Made by a program: the position numbers and the translations under genes. The notes under the pieces are model-generated. The model was not told where the DNA came from. It did no database searches and was given only the letters and a program-made list of their open reading frames with translations. Shown one piece after another: positions 49,488-59,684 of a stretch of DNA of 64,000 bases; position 1 is the stretch's first letter, and each line of letters opens with the position of its first letter. Source of the DNA: Acidobacteriota bacterium (GTDB lineage: Bacteria > Acidobacteriota > CAIWXX01); NCBI GenBank assembly GCA_040755995.1, contig JBFMAF010000034.1, positions 1 through 64,000 of the forward strand. Direction: 5' to 3'.

Positions 49488-50369
49488 GTGAGATCGGTAT
49501 CATCAGTCTGCATTGCGTGCCTGGCCCTGTTGGGCTTTGTCGGGGGTCTTCAGGCGGCCCCGGTCGTGTTCGAAGGTGTGCGGGTACGATACCAGAAGGC
49601 TGACGGAAAGCGGCGCATGGAGGAGAAGAAAGCGAAGCTCGCATTTGACGATGAGAAGTCCCTCTTGACGTTGGATGCGCCGAGCGCCCTGTCGATTCTG
49701 TACGCATCGGTTCAGAGGGTCGTCCACGAGATCACGAGACGCTCGGCGGGCGGGGCCATGGGGAGCACTCGCACCGTGAAGGACTATTGGTGCCTGTTCG
49801 ATGTGAAGTCTGAGGACGGCTCGTCTCGGAGCTATCTCATCGCCACCGATGAGAAATCAGCACCACCGGTGATCGAGAAGATGAAGGCGGTCTTCGGCGA
49901 GAGATTCGTCGTGCCGGCCTTTCCGGAGAAGCCGGACGAGATCAAGGAAGACTTGCCCAAGGCAACGAACAAGTGCGGCCTCTCGGTAGACCAGAAGAGC
50001 TCGCCGGTGCCGGAGATCGTCCCCGGCAAGGCGCTTGTGGTGGTCGTGTTCCCGGACTACGACGGCCGGATGCTCTCCGCAGAATTCAAGCTCCGGGTGG
50101 CTGAGAAGATACTGGGTGTGAACAGGGAAGGCACGTACACATTCTTCCACCTTGACCCTGGCCAGGTCCTGCTTGCGTCCGAGGGAACATCCAACACCTA
50201 CGGGATGACAATCACCCTTGAACCGGGGAAGGACTACTACTTCATGCAGAACATGTTCGAGTCGAAGCAGGTCTACAATCAGCAGTTCCTCGGGGCGATG
50301 ACCCGGCAGAGCAAGGAGCTGGTGATGTTCGAGATCGGAGGAGCCAACTACTCGAGCTGCAAGGAGTAA
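49488..50369 (+). CDS. Secreted hypothetical protein
   Basis: AGGAGG RBS then GTG, signal peptide; C-terminal GTYTFFHLDPG...LEPGKDYY beta-sandwich-like motif. Confidence 0.7.
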   Translation: MRSVSSVCIACLALLGFVGGLQAAPVVFEGVRVRYQKADGKRRMEEKKAKLAFDDEKSLLTLDAPSALSILYASVQRVVHEITRRSAGGAMGSTRTVKDYWCLFDVKSEDGSSRSYLIATDEKSAPPVIEKMKAVFGERFVVPAFPEKPDEIKEDLPKATNKCGLSVDQKSSPVPEIVPGKALVVVVFPDYDGRMLSAEFKLRVAEKILGVNREGTYTFFHLDPGQVLLASEGTSNTYGMTITLEPGKDYYFMQNMFESKQVYNQQFLGAMTRQSKELVMFEIGGANYSSCKE

Positions 50370-50410
50370 AGAACGCCTCGACTCGGCGCCGGCCGCAGGC
50401 TGCCGGGGTG

Positions 50411-51793
50411 CTACGAGGCGTGCTCAGCGCTTTCCCAGCCCGACTCCAGGTACCATTGCAGCACCTGCCGCAGCCGCACCACGTCGCCGACGACGATCAG
50501 CGCCGGGGGCTCCAGGTTCGCCGTCTTCACTCTCTCGACGATGTCGGCGAGGACGCCGGTCGCAGTGCGCTGCTGCGGTGTGGTCCCGCACTGAATCACC
50601 GCAGCCGGGCATTGCGGATCTTTGCCGTGGAGCAGGAGTTGCTGCACGATATGAGTGAGGTTGTGGAGGCCCATGAACACGACTAGCGTGCCGGTGCTCC
50701 TTGCGAGCCGATCCCATTGCACCGCAGGCGAGTCCTTCCCGCTTCGCTCGTGCCCGGTCACGAACGTGACCTCGGATGTGATGTCGCGGTGCGTCAGAGG
50801 GATGCCGGCATAAGCGGGCACTGCACTGCCGGCCGTGACTCCCGGAACGACCTCGAACGAAATCCCCGCCTCCGCGAGCGCCTGCGCCTCCTCGCCACCG
50901 CGCCCGAATACGAACGGGTCTCCGCCCTTCAGCCGTACGACCTTCCGGCCGGCGCGCGCTTCCCTGACGAGAATCGCGTTGATCTCCTCCTGCGGCAGGC
51001 TGTGAACCCCGTCGCGCTTGCCGACGTAAATGACCGTGGCATCTGGGCGGCACAGATCCAGCAGGCGTTTCTCGGCGAGAGCGTCGTACACGACGACGTC
51101 CGCCGTCTCCAGGCAGCGCTTCCCCTTTAGCGTGAGCAACCCCGGGTCGCCGGGGCCGGCGCCGACGAGGAACACCCGGCCTCGGTCCTGCGGATCAGAC
51201 TCCATCGAGGTCGCTGGCAGAACTGAGTCAACTATGTGCTCGAAGCGCTCCCGCTCCTCCGCGAGACCCCTTCCCTCGGCGCGCGACTGTTCTCGCAGAG
51301 CTCGCAGGCGATCCAGTGTCGTGGCGTACTCGGGTCCAAAGCTGTGCTCCAGTACCTCGCGAATGCGGCGCGCCATCGCGGGGCTCGCGCCACCGGTCGA
51401 GATGGCGATGGCTAGATCGCCCTGCCGCGCTACAGCCGGCGCGATGAAGTCGCAGAGTGCAGGCCGATCTGCTACGTTCAGCCAGACGCCGGTCGACTCA
51501 GCTTCCGACCGGACGGCCTCGTTCACCCCTGGGTCGTCGGTGGCGGCGAAGGCCAACCTGCAGCCGTGCAAATCGCCCGGCCGGTAGTGACGACGTTCGA
51601 TTGTAATGCGGCCCTGCTCCGCCCATCCCGCAATCGTACCGGTGACTTCGGGGCTGACGACGCACACCTGCGCTCCTGCTTCCAGCAGCGCCGCGACCTT
51701 GCGTTCGGCCACGACGCCGCCACCCACGACCAGGACGCGGTGACCATGGAGCTCCAGGAACACCGGGTAGTAGTGCGAAGGCGTGTGGCCCAT
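50411..51793 (-). CDS. cysG: Siroheme synthase (precorrin-2 dehydrogenase/ferrochelatase plus uroporphyrinogen-III methyltransferase)
   Basis: [52 protein letters not shown]. Confidence 0.93.
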   Translation of the reverse strand: MGHTPSHYYPVFLELHGHRVLVVGGGVVAERKVAALLEAGAQVCVVSPEVTGTIAGWAEQGRITIERRHYRPGDLHGCRLAFAATDDPGVNEAVRSEAESTGVWLNVADRPALCDFIAPAVARQGDLAIAISTGGASPAMARRIREVLEHSFGPEYATTLDRLRALREQSRAEGRGLAEERERFEHIVDSVLPATSMESDPQDRGRVFLVGAGPGDPGLLTLKGKRCLETADVVVYDALAEKRLLDLCRPDATVIYVGKRDGVHSLPQEEINAILVREARAGRKVVRLKGGDPFVFGRGGEEAQALAEAGISFEVVPGVTAGSAVPAYAGIPLTHRDITSEVTFVTGHERSGKDSPAVQWDRLARSTGTLVVFMGLHNLTHIVQQLLLHGKDPQCPAAVIQCGTTPQQRTATGVLADIVERVKTANLEPPALIVVGDVVRLRQVLQWYLESGWESAEHAS

Positions 51794-51891
51794 ACCCGTC
51801 GGCTCTGACTTCCTGCTTCGCTACTGGAGCCCCTATGAAGCGGAAGAGAGCGAGGCGCCTGCATGGCGCCGCGCTCGATTCCGCTGGCTGT

Positions 51892-52212
51892 CTAGACGCA
51901 GCCGGTGGGTTTCGGAAGCCCGGCGACCTTGCAGGCTCCCTTGGCCGGACCTGACGGGAACAGTTCGTAGACCTTCTTCAGGTTGAAGCCGGTGTCCTTG
52001 CAGAGCTTGCGGATCATCGGGGCGATCTTGAACTCGAGGTAGTAGCCGCGCAGATAGCGCACGAGCTTCCAGTGGTCATCGGTCAACTCCGCGATGCCCT
52101 CTTCCTTCAGGGCCAGCTCCTTCGCGACCTCGTCGTCCCAGAGCTCCGGGTCCTGAATGAAACCGTCTTCGTCTACTTCGAGGGTCTTCCCACCCAGTTG
52201 GACTTGTGCCAT
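51892..52212 (-). CDS. dsrC: DsrC sulfur carrier protein
   Basis: C-terminus GPAKGACKVAGLPKPTGCV has both conserved Cys; dsr context. Confidence 0.95.
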   Translation of the reverse strand: MAQVQLGGKTLEVDEDGFIQDPELWDDEVAKELALKEEGIAELTDDHWKLVRYLRGYYLEFKIAPMIRKLCKDTGFNLKKVYELFPSGPAKGACKVAGLPKPTGCV

Positions 52213-52276
52213 GCTTATTCCCCTTTCCGTTGTGTCTTCGATTCAAGCGACGTTGCGACCAATCGATACTCCAGTT

Positions 52277-53764
52277 TCATAACGCCCTCGCATGCAGCCC
52301 GGCGAGGTCGTGCCTGCACGCGCCTTCGATGCAACCCATGCCTGCCGTGCCGGAGCTTCGCCTGCGGAAGGCGAGCGCCGTCCTCACAAGTGTCTCGGCC
52401 CATTCGGGGCAGCCGAGAGCATGGATGTGCAGGAAAGACGCCAGCACGTTCCTGTAGACGAGCCCGTCCCGTTCCCCGTCGAATCCATAACCTCTCTCGA
52501 CTCGAAAGGCCGTGCGGATGAGCTCGCTTTCGGCAGATCGAACGAATGAGTATCGGAACTCATGTCCCCGAATGACGGCTCCGATCGGAAAGTACGGGTT
52601 GGCCCGATCCGCCACCACGCAGGCGTATCCGTGTCCCATGGGACGCTTCCCCAGCTCGAAGGTCACGGGGACGACGCCCGTCATCGCATGGGCCACTCCG
52701 TCTACGACCAGGCTCTCGGCCAGGTAGATCAAGCCTCCGCATTCGGCGAACACCGGCATGCCTGACTCCACGGCCCGCCGGATCGATGCGCGGAAGCCGG
52801 TGTTGTTCTCCAGCGCGGCTGCGTGTGTCTCCGGGTAGCCTCCCCCGATGTACAGCGCGTCGATGGGCGGTAGCTGCCGGTCGGCCATGGAGTCAAGGAA
52901 AACGAGGTGAGCCCCGGCTCGCTCCAGTGCCTCCAGGTTCTCCGGGTAGTAGAACGTGAAGGCCGAGTCGCGGATGACCCCGATTCGCACGCTGGTCGTG
53001 GCCCAGGCATGCCCCTCTGCCTGGGCCGCGCGTGACCAGCGGAGTTCCGGCGCCTTTTGGGCGAGATCCATGACCGTGACCACATCCACGTGTTTGGCGA
53101 CGGCCTCGCGTGCCGCCTCTGTCGGCCGTTCGCGTTCCGGGTGCTCGGCCGGCGTGAGCAGCCCGAGGTGCCGTTCGGGAAGCGCGAGATCATGTATCTT
53201 CGGAACGCAGCCGAGCACAGGGACCCCACAAACCTGCTCGACTGCGCCCCGAATCGCATGTTCCTGCCGTTTCGTACCAGTGCGGTTGAGGATGACGCCC
53301 GCAATAGGCGCATCGGGATCCATCTTCTGGCAGCCGAGAACCATAGCCGCGACGGTCCTCGTCGCCCGTGTGCAGTCCACAACGAGGATCACGGGTGTCT
53401 GGAGCTCTCTGGCGAGCTCGGCCGAGCTGCCCTCGGCATTTGCGCCGAGCCCGTCGTGAAACCCGTGATTCGCCTCGACGATGACCAGATCCGCGCCCAC
53501 GCTCGATTCCGCCACGGACCGGCGGATCACGTCGCTCGACATCAGGTACGCGTCAAGGTTACGGCATGGTCGCCCCGCAGCCTCGCCGAGCCAGGCGGGA
53601 TCGATATAGTCCGGTCCCTTCTTGAACGGGGCGACAGCGAGGCCGCGGGAGCGCAGCTCGGCGATCAGACCTATGGTCAGAAACGTCTTGCCGCTTCCTC
53701 CGCGCAGCCCACTGATCATGAGCCGCGGGCAGTCCCGGGCCTCGCCCCGAACGCTGGGCGTCAT
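52277..53764 (-). CDS. dsrN: DsrN siroheme amidase (cobyrinate a,c-diamide synthase family)
   Basis: GGSGKT, FKKGPDYID, ERHLGL, AECGG, GHEF; located between dsrD and dsrC. Confidence 0.88.
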   Translation of the reverse strand: MTPSVRGEARDCPRLMISGLRGGSGKTFLTIGLIAELRSRGLAVAPFKKGPDYIDPAWLGEAAGRPCRNLDAYLMSSDVIRRSVAESSVGADLVIVEANHGFHDGLGANAEGSSAELARELQTPVILVVDCTRATRTVAAMVLGCQKMDPDAPIAGVILNRTGTKRQEHAIRGAVEQVCGVPVLGCVPKIHDLALPERHLGLLTPAEHPERERPTEAAREAVAKHVDVVTVMDLAQKAPELRWSRAAQAEGHAWATTSVRIGVIRDSAFTFYYPENLEALERAGAHLVFLDSMADRQLPPIDALYIGGGYPETHAAALENNTGFRASIRRAVESGMPVFAECGGLIYLAESLVVDGVAHAMTGVVPVTFELGKRPMGHGYACVVADRANPYFPIGAVIRGHEFRYSFVRSAESELIRTAFRVERGYGFDGERDGLVYRNVLASFLHIHALGCPEWAETLVRTALAFRRRSSGTAGMGCIEGACRHDLAGLHARAL

Positions 53765-53784
53765 TCCTTGTTCTCGATCTCGAA

Positions 53785-54033
53785 TCAGCTGCCCTTGGCC
53801 TCCGGTGGGATCTCCACGAAGCTACCGCCAAAGTAGGTGTAGACCAACCGCTCGGAGTCGACGAGCGAGCGAATCGCCTTCTTGCAGATGTCCTTGTTGC
53901 ACCGGTCCGGGCCAAAAAACTGGACCGCGGCCTTCTCGAGGTCCATCGGTTTCAGCTTCTTGACGCCGGTGGCATCCTTGACCATCCGGTACATCGCTTC
54001 GGCGACTTCTTCTATACTAACTGGTTCAGCCAT
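53785..54033 (-). CDS. dsrD: DsrD
   Basis: 82 aa directly after dsrB; KKLKP...CKKAIRSLVDS..LVYTYFGGS. Confidence 0.85.
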   Translation of the reverse strand: MAEPVSIEEVAEAMYRMVKDATGVKKLKPMDLEKAAVQFFGPDRCNKDICKKAIRSLVDSERLVYTYFGGSFVEIPPEAKGS

Positions 54034-54044
54034 GGATCAGCTCC

Positions 54045-55118
54045 CTAGTCCCTCCGGTGCGCGGACCGCTTGAAGGACAGTCCGGCGTACCGGAAGTCAT
54101 CGATGTGTTGCTTGGTGAACTGGATGCCCGTCTTCTGGAAGAAGCGCGGCCATCCGATGCGCTCGATCCATTCGCCCATGCGCTCGTACTTCCGCGCATC
54201 GGCCGCCCAGACTTCCACCAGGTTCTTTACGGCCCCCACGACCTCGGGCCACCGTGGTGGGTTGTTGGGCAGGAACGGGATTGCCAGCTTGGAGAAGCGC
54301 GGTTCGGATCTCGCGTTGCTGACCTTGCCGCCGACCCAGATCGAGACGCCGTCATTGAGCGGATCGTTGAGCGGCATGGCCGGGCAGACGGTGTAGCAGT
54401 TCGCGCAGAACATGCACTGCTCCTCGATTACCTCGACGGTCTCGACACCCTCGATCCGCTTCGGCCGGATCGCAGCCGTCGGGCAGGACGCCACGACCGA
54501 CGGGATCTCGCACATCTTCGGCAGCTTCTCTTTGTCGAGCTTCGGCGGACGGCGGTGGATGCCGAGGATGGCGATGTCCGAGCAGTGGACGGCACCGCAC
54601 ATGTTCAGGCAGCAGGCCAGAGCGAGGCGGAGCTTGCCCGGGAGTTTCATCGTTGTGAAGTACTCGATGAGCTCATCCATGACCGCCTTCACGACGCCCG
54701 ATGCGTCGGTAGCGGCCGAGTGGCAGTGCACCCAGCCCTGTGTGTGGACGATGTTGGATATCGAGTTACCGATCCCGCCGACGGGACGCCCAGCGGCCGT
54801 GAGATCCGCGACCAGCGGATCGATCCTGGCCGGGTCTGTGAGCAGGAATTCGACGTTGTTGCGGCTGGTGAATCTCAGGTGCCCGCCGCAGTACTTGTCG
54901 GCGAGGTCGCAGTAGAAGCGGATAGTATCGATGGCGATCAGCCGTGGCGACGCGGCGCGCACCGTGAACAGCTTGTCGCCGCTCTCGGCGACGTGCACCA
55001 TGACCCCCGGCTTAAGTACCTCGTGATAGGCCCACTTGCCGTAGTTCTTCTTCACGACGGGGGGCAGGAATTTCTCGTAGTGTGGCGGCCCAATATCAGT
55101 CAAGCGTTCCGTTGTCAT
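54045..55118 (-). CDS. dsrB: Dissimilatory sulfite reductase beta subunit
   Basis: [39 protein letters not shown]. Confidence 0.97.
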   Translation of the reverse strand: MTTERLTDIGPPHYEKFLPPVVKKNYGKWAYHEVLKPGVMVHVAESGDKLFTVRAASPRLIAIDTIRFYCDLADKYCGGHLRFTSRNNVEFLLTDPARIDPLVADLTAAGRPVGGIGNSISNIVHTQGWVHCHSAATDASGVVKAVMDELIEYFTTMKLPGKLRLALACCLNMCGAVHCSDIAILGIHRRPPKLDKEKLPKMCEIPSVVASCPTAAIRPKRIEGVETVEVIEEQCMFCANCYTVCPAMPLNDPLNDGVSIWVGGKVSNARSEPRFSKLAIPFLPNNPPRWPEVVGAVKNLVEVWAADARKYERMGEWIERIGWPRFFQKTGIQFTKQHIDDFRYAGLSFKRSAHRRD

Positions 55119-55142
55119 ATCTGGTTTCTCCTTTCCTCGCCT

Positions 55143-56351
55143 CTAGTTTCCAGCTTCCTCGTCCGCCACCTCGTACTCCTCGTAGAAGACGTACGGGTTG
55201 TCTCGCGGATAGGCGACCATTTCGGGGATCGGCTCGATGCCCACGGCTTCGAGGAAGTTGCCCATGCCTACGCGCTGGATGAACTCGCCGATGCGCTCGC
55301 GGTTCTTGCCTTCCTCGCTCCAGAGATCGAGCATCTTCGCCAACAGGTCCTTGAGCTCCTGATTAGGCAGTTCCATTTTTATGAATGGTATCAGCACGGA
55401 GGAGAGCATGGCACCCTGTACGATCGGCGCCTTGGAGCCGAGCAGGATTGTGGCACCGCGGTCGGCGCCGGGCTTCAGGGCCTTGGTCATCACGTTGATG
55501 CAGTGCATGCACTTCACGCAGAACTGGTTCTCGATCGCGAGGGCCTTGCCATCCCAGCTCATGCACTTGCTCGGGCAGAGGTCGCAGACGTCCTTCTGCA
55601 CGTCCAGGCCCTTCTTCGCGTATTCCTGAACGGCGTCCTGGTTGATCTGGATCGGTCCGCGCCAGGTTCCGATGATGCTCAGGTCCGCGCGCGCCACGGA
55701 AGCCACGCAGTCGTTCGGGCAGCCGGAGCACTTGATCTTGAACTTGTATGGGAATGCCGGCCGGTGGAGCTCATCCTGGAAGTGCATGGTGAAGTCGTAG
55801 CAGGTGGCCATCGTGTCGTAGCAGGCCCACTCGCAGCGGCCCATACCGACGCAGCAGCTGGGCGTCCGCACATCCGAGCCCGAGCCGCCCAGGTCGAATC
55901 CCGCATGTGTCAGCTCGGAGAACACGGTCTCGAGCTTGTCTGTGGAGGTCCCCAGCAGGATGATGTCACCTGTCGACCCGTGCATGTTGGTGATGCCGGA
56001 TCCGTATTTTTCCCAAATGTCGCAAACCTTGCGCAGGGCCTCTGACGTGTAGAACCATCCGGCGGGTTGGTTGATACGCATCGTGTGGAAATGCGCAATG
56101 TTGGGGAACTTGTCGGGCACATCAGAATACCGCCCGATGACGCCGCCTCCGTACCCGCGCACGCCGACTATGCCACCGTGCTTCCAGTGCCCGATCTTCT
56201 CGTTGTAGGAAAGCTCGAGGACACCCAGAAGATCTTTGGCTGGGTCGCTTCTAGCGGCGGCCAACTTGATCTCGCGCACGAAGCTCGGCCACTGGCCCTT
56301 CTCCAGCTCGCTCAGCTTCGGCGTTTCCGGCAGTTTCTTCGCTTCACCCAT
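55143..56351 (-). CDS. dsrA: Dissimilatory sulfite reductase alpha subunit
   Basis: WPSFV, HWKHGGIVGV.GYGGGVIGRY, HGSTGD, PYKFKIKCSGCPNDC. Confidence 0.97.
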   Translation of the reverse strand: MGEAKKLPETPKLSELEKGQWPSFVREIKLAAARSDPAKDLLGVLELSYNEKIGHWKHGGIVGVRGYGGGVIGRYSDVPDKFPNIAHFHTMRINQPAGWFYTSEALRKVCDIWEKYGSGITNMHGSTGDIILLGTSTDKLETVFSELTHAGFDLGGSGSDVRTPSCCVGMGRCEWACYDTMATCYDFTMHFQDELHRPAFPYKFKIKCSGCPNDCVASVARADLSIIGTWRGPIQINQDAVQEYAKKGLDVQKDVCDLCPSKCMSWDGKALAIENQFCVKCMHCINVMTKALKPGADRGATILLGSKAPIVQGAMLSSVLIPFIKMELPNQELKDLLAKMLDLWSEEGKNRERIGEFIQRVGMGNFLEAVGIEPIPEMVAYPRDNPYVFYEEYEVADEEAGN

Positions 56352-56398
56352 GTGTTTGCAGCTCCTCTCGTTTTGGCGGCCGGCCCTTGGGCGCGAGC

Positions 56399-58072
56399 CT
56401 ACCGCATTTCAATGTAACCGCAGGGGCATTCCTCTGCGCACTTCTTGCAACCCTGACAGAATTCCAGCTTGAACTTGTAAGGCTCGTTCCTGTCCATCGG
56501 CTTCACGATGGCCTGGTCCTGGCAGTACTTCCAGCAGCTATCGCAAGTGAAGCACAGCCCGCAGCTCATGCACCGCTTGGCCTCGGCGATCGCCTGCTCC
56601 ATCGAGAGCCCCAGATTGACCTCGCCGTCCGGATCCGCGAACCGCTGCTCGACAGGTACCGCAGAGGCCTGCGCCCGCGCTATCCTCTGGTAGAAATCGA
56701 GCTTCATCTTGTTGTGCGCGATCGGAGGCGGCGGCACCTCATCTACGAACGGAATCCCACGCAGCCGATGATGGATAGTCTCGGCGGCGCGCCGCCCGTG
56801 GTATATAGCCGTGGTCACGATGCCGAGCTCCAGTATGTCGCCCCCCGCAAACGTGTTCGCAACGGCCGTCTCGCCGCGTTCGTCTACCGGAATCCAGCCC
56901 TTCGGGCCCTTCAACGAATCGAGCCCAGTCCAGATCGGTTCCTGGCTGATGGCCGGAATAATGAAAGACGCGGGAACGAAGAACTCTGATCCCTTGATCG
57001 GAACCGGGCGCCGGCGCCCGCTGGCATCAGGCTCCCCAAGCTCCATTCTCAAGCAAGTCATGCCCGACGCGCGTCCGTTCTCGGCGACGATGGCCACCGG
57101 AGCCGCGAGGAACTCGATCTTGATCCCTTCGTGCTCGGCGTCTTCAATCTCATGTTTGATTGCGGGCATCTCGGCAATCGTGCGGCGGTAAACGATAGTG
57201 ACGTTCGCGCCCAGCCGCTTGGATACGCGGGCGGCGTCGATTGCCGTGTCCCCACCTCCGATCACGATCACGTTGCCGCCGACCTCAATCCTCTCGCCGG
57301 TGTTTACACGATGGAGGAACTCGGCACCCGTGAGGACATTGGAGGAATCCTCGCCGGCCACCCCGAGTCTGGCTCCCTTGTGAGCACCGATCCCGACGAA
57401 GATCGCCTGGTGACTCTGGCGCACCTCGTCGAGTGAGATGTCCTTGCCGACCATCGTGTTGAGCCTCAGCTCTACACCCAGCGCGAGCAGCCGATCTATC
57501 TCGGCATCCAGGACGGCGTGAGGCAGGCGGTACTTGGGAATGCCATACCGCAACATCCCGCCCGCCTTCGGGAAGGATTCGAAGACCGTCACCGAATAGC
57601 CGCGACGTGCCAACTGGTACGCGCAGGAAAGGCCGGCTGGCCCGGAACCTATCACGGCGACTTTCTCAGACTGTCGTTCGTCGGTCAGTCGCTTCAGCTC
57701 CAGCTTGTTCTCCAGCGCGAAGTCCCCGATGGCTCGCTCGATGCAGTTGATCGACACGGGCCCATCCACATGCTCGCGGTTACACTGATCTTCGCACAGG
57801 TGAGGACAGACCCTGCCGCAGACGGCTGGGAGCGGGTTCTTCTCCGTCACGATGCCAAAAGCCTCTCGAAAGGCCTGGTCGTAGCTTTTCCCCTTGTTTT
57901 CGGCCTGCGCGATCGTCGTGATGATTCCACGAACGTCGGTCTGGTTCGGGCAACCGGTCGAGCATGGTGGCGTTTTGAGTACGTACAGGGGCCGGAGAGG
58001 CGATGTCTCCCGCGCACTGGTGCTCGCTCCCGTGCCCACACCCAACTTGCGGACTTTCTTGACGACGGCCAC
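56399..58072 (-). CDS. dsrL: DsrL iron-sulfur flavoprotein (short, YRR-containing form)
   Basis: SPLRP...PPCSTGCP, CGRVCPHLCE, GGGDTAID, IVYRR, C-terminal ferredoxin RCMSCGLC...CQGCKKCAEECPCGYIEM; directly before dsrA. Confidence 0.9.
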   Translation of the reverse strand: MAVVKKVRKLGVGTGASTSARETSPLRPLYVLKTPPCSTGCPNQTDVRGIITTIAQAENKGKSYDQAFREAFGIVTEKNPLPAVCGRVCPHLCEDQCNREHVDGPVSINCIERAIGDFALENKLELKRLTDERQSEKVAVIGSGPAGLSCAYQLARRGYSVTVFESFPKAGGMLRYGIPKYRLPHAVLDAEIDRLLALGVELRLNTMVGKDISLDEVRQSHQAIFVGIGAHKGARLGVAGEDSSNVLTGAEFLHRVNTGERIEVGGNVIVIGGGDTAIDAARVSKRLGANVTIVYRRTIAEMPAIKHEIEDAEHEGIKIEFLAAPVAIVAENGRASGMTCLRMELGEPDASGRRRPVPIKGSEFFVPASFIIPAISQEPIWTGLDSLKGPKGWIPVDERGETAVANTFAGGDILELGIVTTAIYHGRRAAETIHHRLRGIPFVDEVPPPPIAHNKMKLDFYQRIARAQASAVPVEQRFADPDGEVNLGLSMEQAIAEAKRCMSCGLCFTCDSCWKYCQDQAIVKPMDRNEPYKFKLEFCQGCKKCAEECPCGYIEMR

Positions 58073-58145
58073 TCTTGAAATCTCCTTTCCCTAGCACTGC
58101 CCATCCATCGGGAGGGGCATGAGTCTAGCCCAATCTGCTAGTTAG

Positions 58146-58161
58146 AGCAAAGACTTTGCCA
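58146..58161 (-). promoter_or_regulatory. sigma54 promoter of the dsrLABDNC-cysG operon
   Basis: Minus strand TGGCAAAGTCTTTGCT (GG-N10-GC), about 75 nt upstream of the dsrL start. Confidence 0.78.
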
Positions 58162-58225
58162 ACAGCCCGGCGTGTCAGAATTCCTTGAGAAAGCGGCTCG
58201 GATGTCCTTCCCCTGCAGCGGCGGC

Positions 58226-58243
58226 CATTACCGAAAGGTAACA
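58226..58243. promoter_or_regulatory. Palindromic operator/enhancer, copy 1
   Basis: CATTACC-GAAA-GGTAACA. Confidence 0.7.
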
Positions 58244-58328
58244 TTGGGCACCCAGGTGTCACCTCCGCGAAACCATACTCCCCGACCGTCATATTGCCGG
58301 CGAGACCCCGCTCTCTCAGCCCGATACT

Positions 58329-58550
58329 TCAGGTGGCCGGACGCCGGGGAATCCCGAGTATCTTCGTCTTCTTCCACAGCGTCTTCCGGCTGATCCCCAG
58401 CATCTGCGCGGCCTTGCCCCGGTTGCCGCCGGTCAGCTGCAGGACCGAGATGATATGCGCACGTTCGGCCTCCTCTCTGATGCGATCGAGCGGCCTGTGC
58501 GAAGCATCAACCTCCTTGTCGCCATTCCCCTGCTTCTTCTCGCTTTCCAT
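58329..58550 (-). CDS. Stand-alone Fis-type (HTH_8) DNA-binding protein
   Basis: LDRIREEAERAHIISVLQLTGGNRGKAAQMLGISRKTLWKK; no AAA+ domain seen upstream. Confidence 0.8.
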   Translation of the reverse strand: MESEKKQGNGDKEVDASHRPLDRIREEAERAHIISVLQLTGGNRGKAAQMLGISRKTLWKKTKILGIPRRPAT

Positions 58551-58614
58551 CCCTCAGTCCTGCGGCAGCTCCTGCCCGAGACGCTAGCTTCCTCCACGCA
58601 ATTCGGTCGCCTCA

Positions 58615-58630
58615 AGCAAGTACCTTGCCA
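58615..58630 (-). promoter_or_regulatory. sigma54 promoter of the Fis-HTH gene
   Basis: Minus strand TGGCAAGGTACTTGCT (GG-N10-GC). Confidence 0.72.
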
Positions 58631-58723
58631 TCCGCCTGCCTGCCCTCCGAACCGGTCGACGCCTGGGTCGCGGAACTGCGCAGACTTTGGGGCGGGCGCC
58701 TCACGCCCCCACATCCCCATCCG

Positions 58724-58741
58724 TGTTACCTTGAGGTAACA
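58724..58741. promoter_or_regulatory. Palindromic operator/enhancer, copy 2 (perfect)
   Basis: TGTTACC-TTGA-GGTAACA. Confidence 0.75.
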
Positions 58742-58772
58742 AATCGTCCACCGGACCGCTCAAGAAGTTGGC

Positions 58773-58788
58773 GGGCACGTCTCTTGCT
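58773..58788 (+). promoter_or_regulatory. sigma54 promoter of cytidylate-kinase-like paralog 2
   Basis: GGGCACGTCTCTTGCT (GG-N10-GC), about 50 nt before ATG 58840. Confidence 0.7.
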
Positions 58789-58839
58789 ATTGAATGGGCG
58801 GGTCAGGCACGGCTGGGTCTGGACCGTGGGAAGCTACAT

Positions 58840-59631
58840 ATGGCGATAGTTACGATCTCGCGCGGCACACTTAGTGGCGGCCGGCGGCTTGCGACATGCC
58901 TCGCGGCGGGGCTCGGGTATCAGGTGATCAGCCGCGAGCTGCTGGCGGAGGCGGCGCGGAGGTACGGAGTAGACGAGCAGAACCTGATCAGGGGTGTGGA
59001 GCAGCCGCCGTCGTTCTGGGAGCGGTTCCGGACAGACCGCCAGGTGTACCTGGAGGTCATCCGAGCCACTCTGTGCCAGCTTGTGAGACAGGACAATGTC
59101 GTCTACCACGGGCACGCCGGGCACATGCTGCTCCAGGGTGTCGAGCACGTGCTGCGGGTGCGGGTTATTGCGCCCATGGCCTACCGGGTGAGGGCTGCCA
59201 TGGCGACTCAGGGCCTGGGTGAGAAGGAGGCCGAGGCGTACATTCGCAGGAAGGACGAGGAGCGAGCTGCCTGGACGAGGTTTCTGCACGGGGTCGCCTG
59301 GGACGACCCCGGCCTCTACGACCTCACCTTCAACCTGGAAAACGTTACGGTCGAGGCAGCCTGCGAAGCGATCGTGAGGATGGTGGACCGGCCGGAATTC
59401 CGGATGACCGTCGACAGCATGAGACGCCTCGAGGACTTGTACGTCGCCAGCCATGTCCGGAGCATGCTCTTCCTCAACCCCAAGGTCGGGATGGCCGCAT
59501 CCAAGATCGACGTGACGGCTTCCTCAGGTGTCGTTCGACTCTCAGGGCTGCCACCCGGCGATGTGCTTGTGGCGGAGGCTGTCCGGACTTGCCGGCAGAT
59601 GCCGGAGGTCAAGGACGTGCAGGCTGGGTAA
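58840..59631 (+). CDS. Cytidylate-kinase-like protein with BON domain (paralog 2)
   Basis: IVTISRGTLSGG, VYHGHAGH, LRVRVIAP, YDLTFN. Confidence 0.85.
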   Translation: MAIVTISRGTLSGGRRLATCLAAGLGYQVISRELLAEAARRYGVDEQNLIRGVEQPPSFWERFRTDRQVYLEVIRATLCQLVRQDNVVYHGHAGHMLLQGVEHVLRVRVIAPMAYRVRAAMATQGLGEKEAEAYIRRKDEERAAWTRFLHGVAWDDPGLYDLTFNLENVTVEAACEAIVRMVDRPEFRMTVDSMRRLEDLYVASHVRSMLFLNPKVGMAASKIDVTASSGVVRLSGLPPGDVLVAEAVRTCRQMPEVKDVQAG

Positions 59632-59666
59632 GGGCGCTCGAAGACCAGAACTGCCGAGGCGGCCGA

Positions 59667-59684
59667 AGTTTCCAAGAGGTAACA
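59667..59684. promoter_or_regulatory. Palindromic operator/enhancer, copy 3
   Basis: AGTTTCC-AAGA-GGTAACA. Confidence 0.65.

Noticed and set aside
52277..53764. Cobalamin synthesis gene cbiA/cobB
   Set aside because: It is embedded in the dsr operon with no other cob/cbi genes, so DsrN is more likely.
54057..56045. 662-aa + strand ORF antisense to dsrAB (similarly 12673-13851, 22286-23812, 29565-30986, 60530-62212)
   Set aside because: Shadow ORFs caused by high-GC codon bias opposite well-supported genes; no recognisable motifs.
56399..58072. Glutamate synthase small subunit (gltD)
   Set aside because: The C-terminal ferredoxin and the position before dsrA favour DsrL; no gltB is present.
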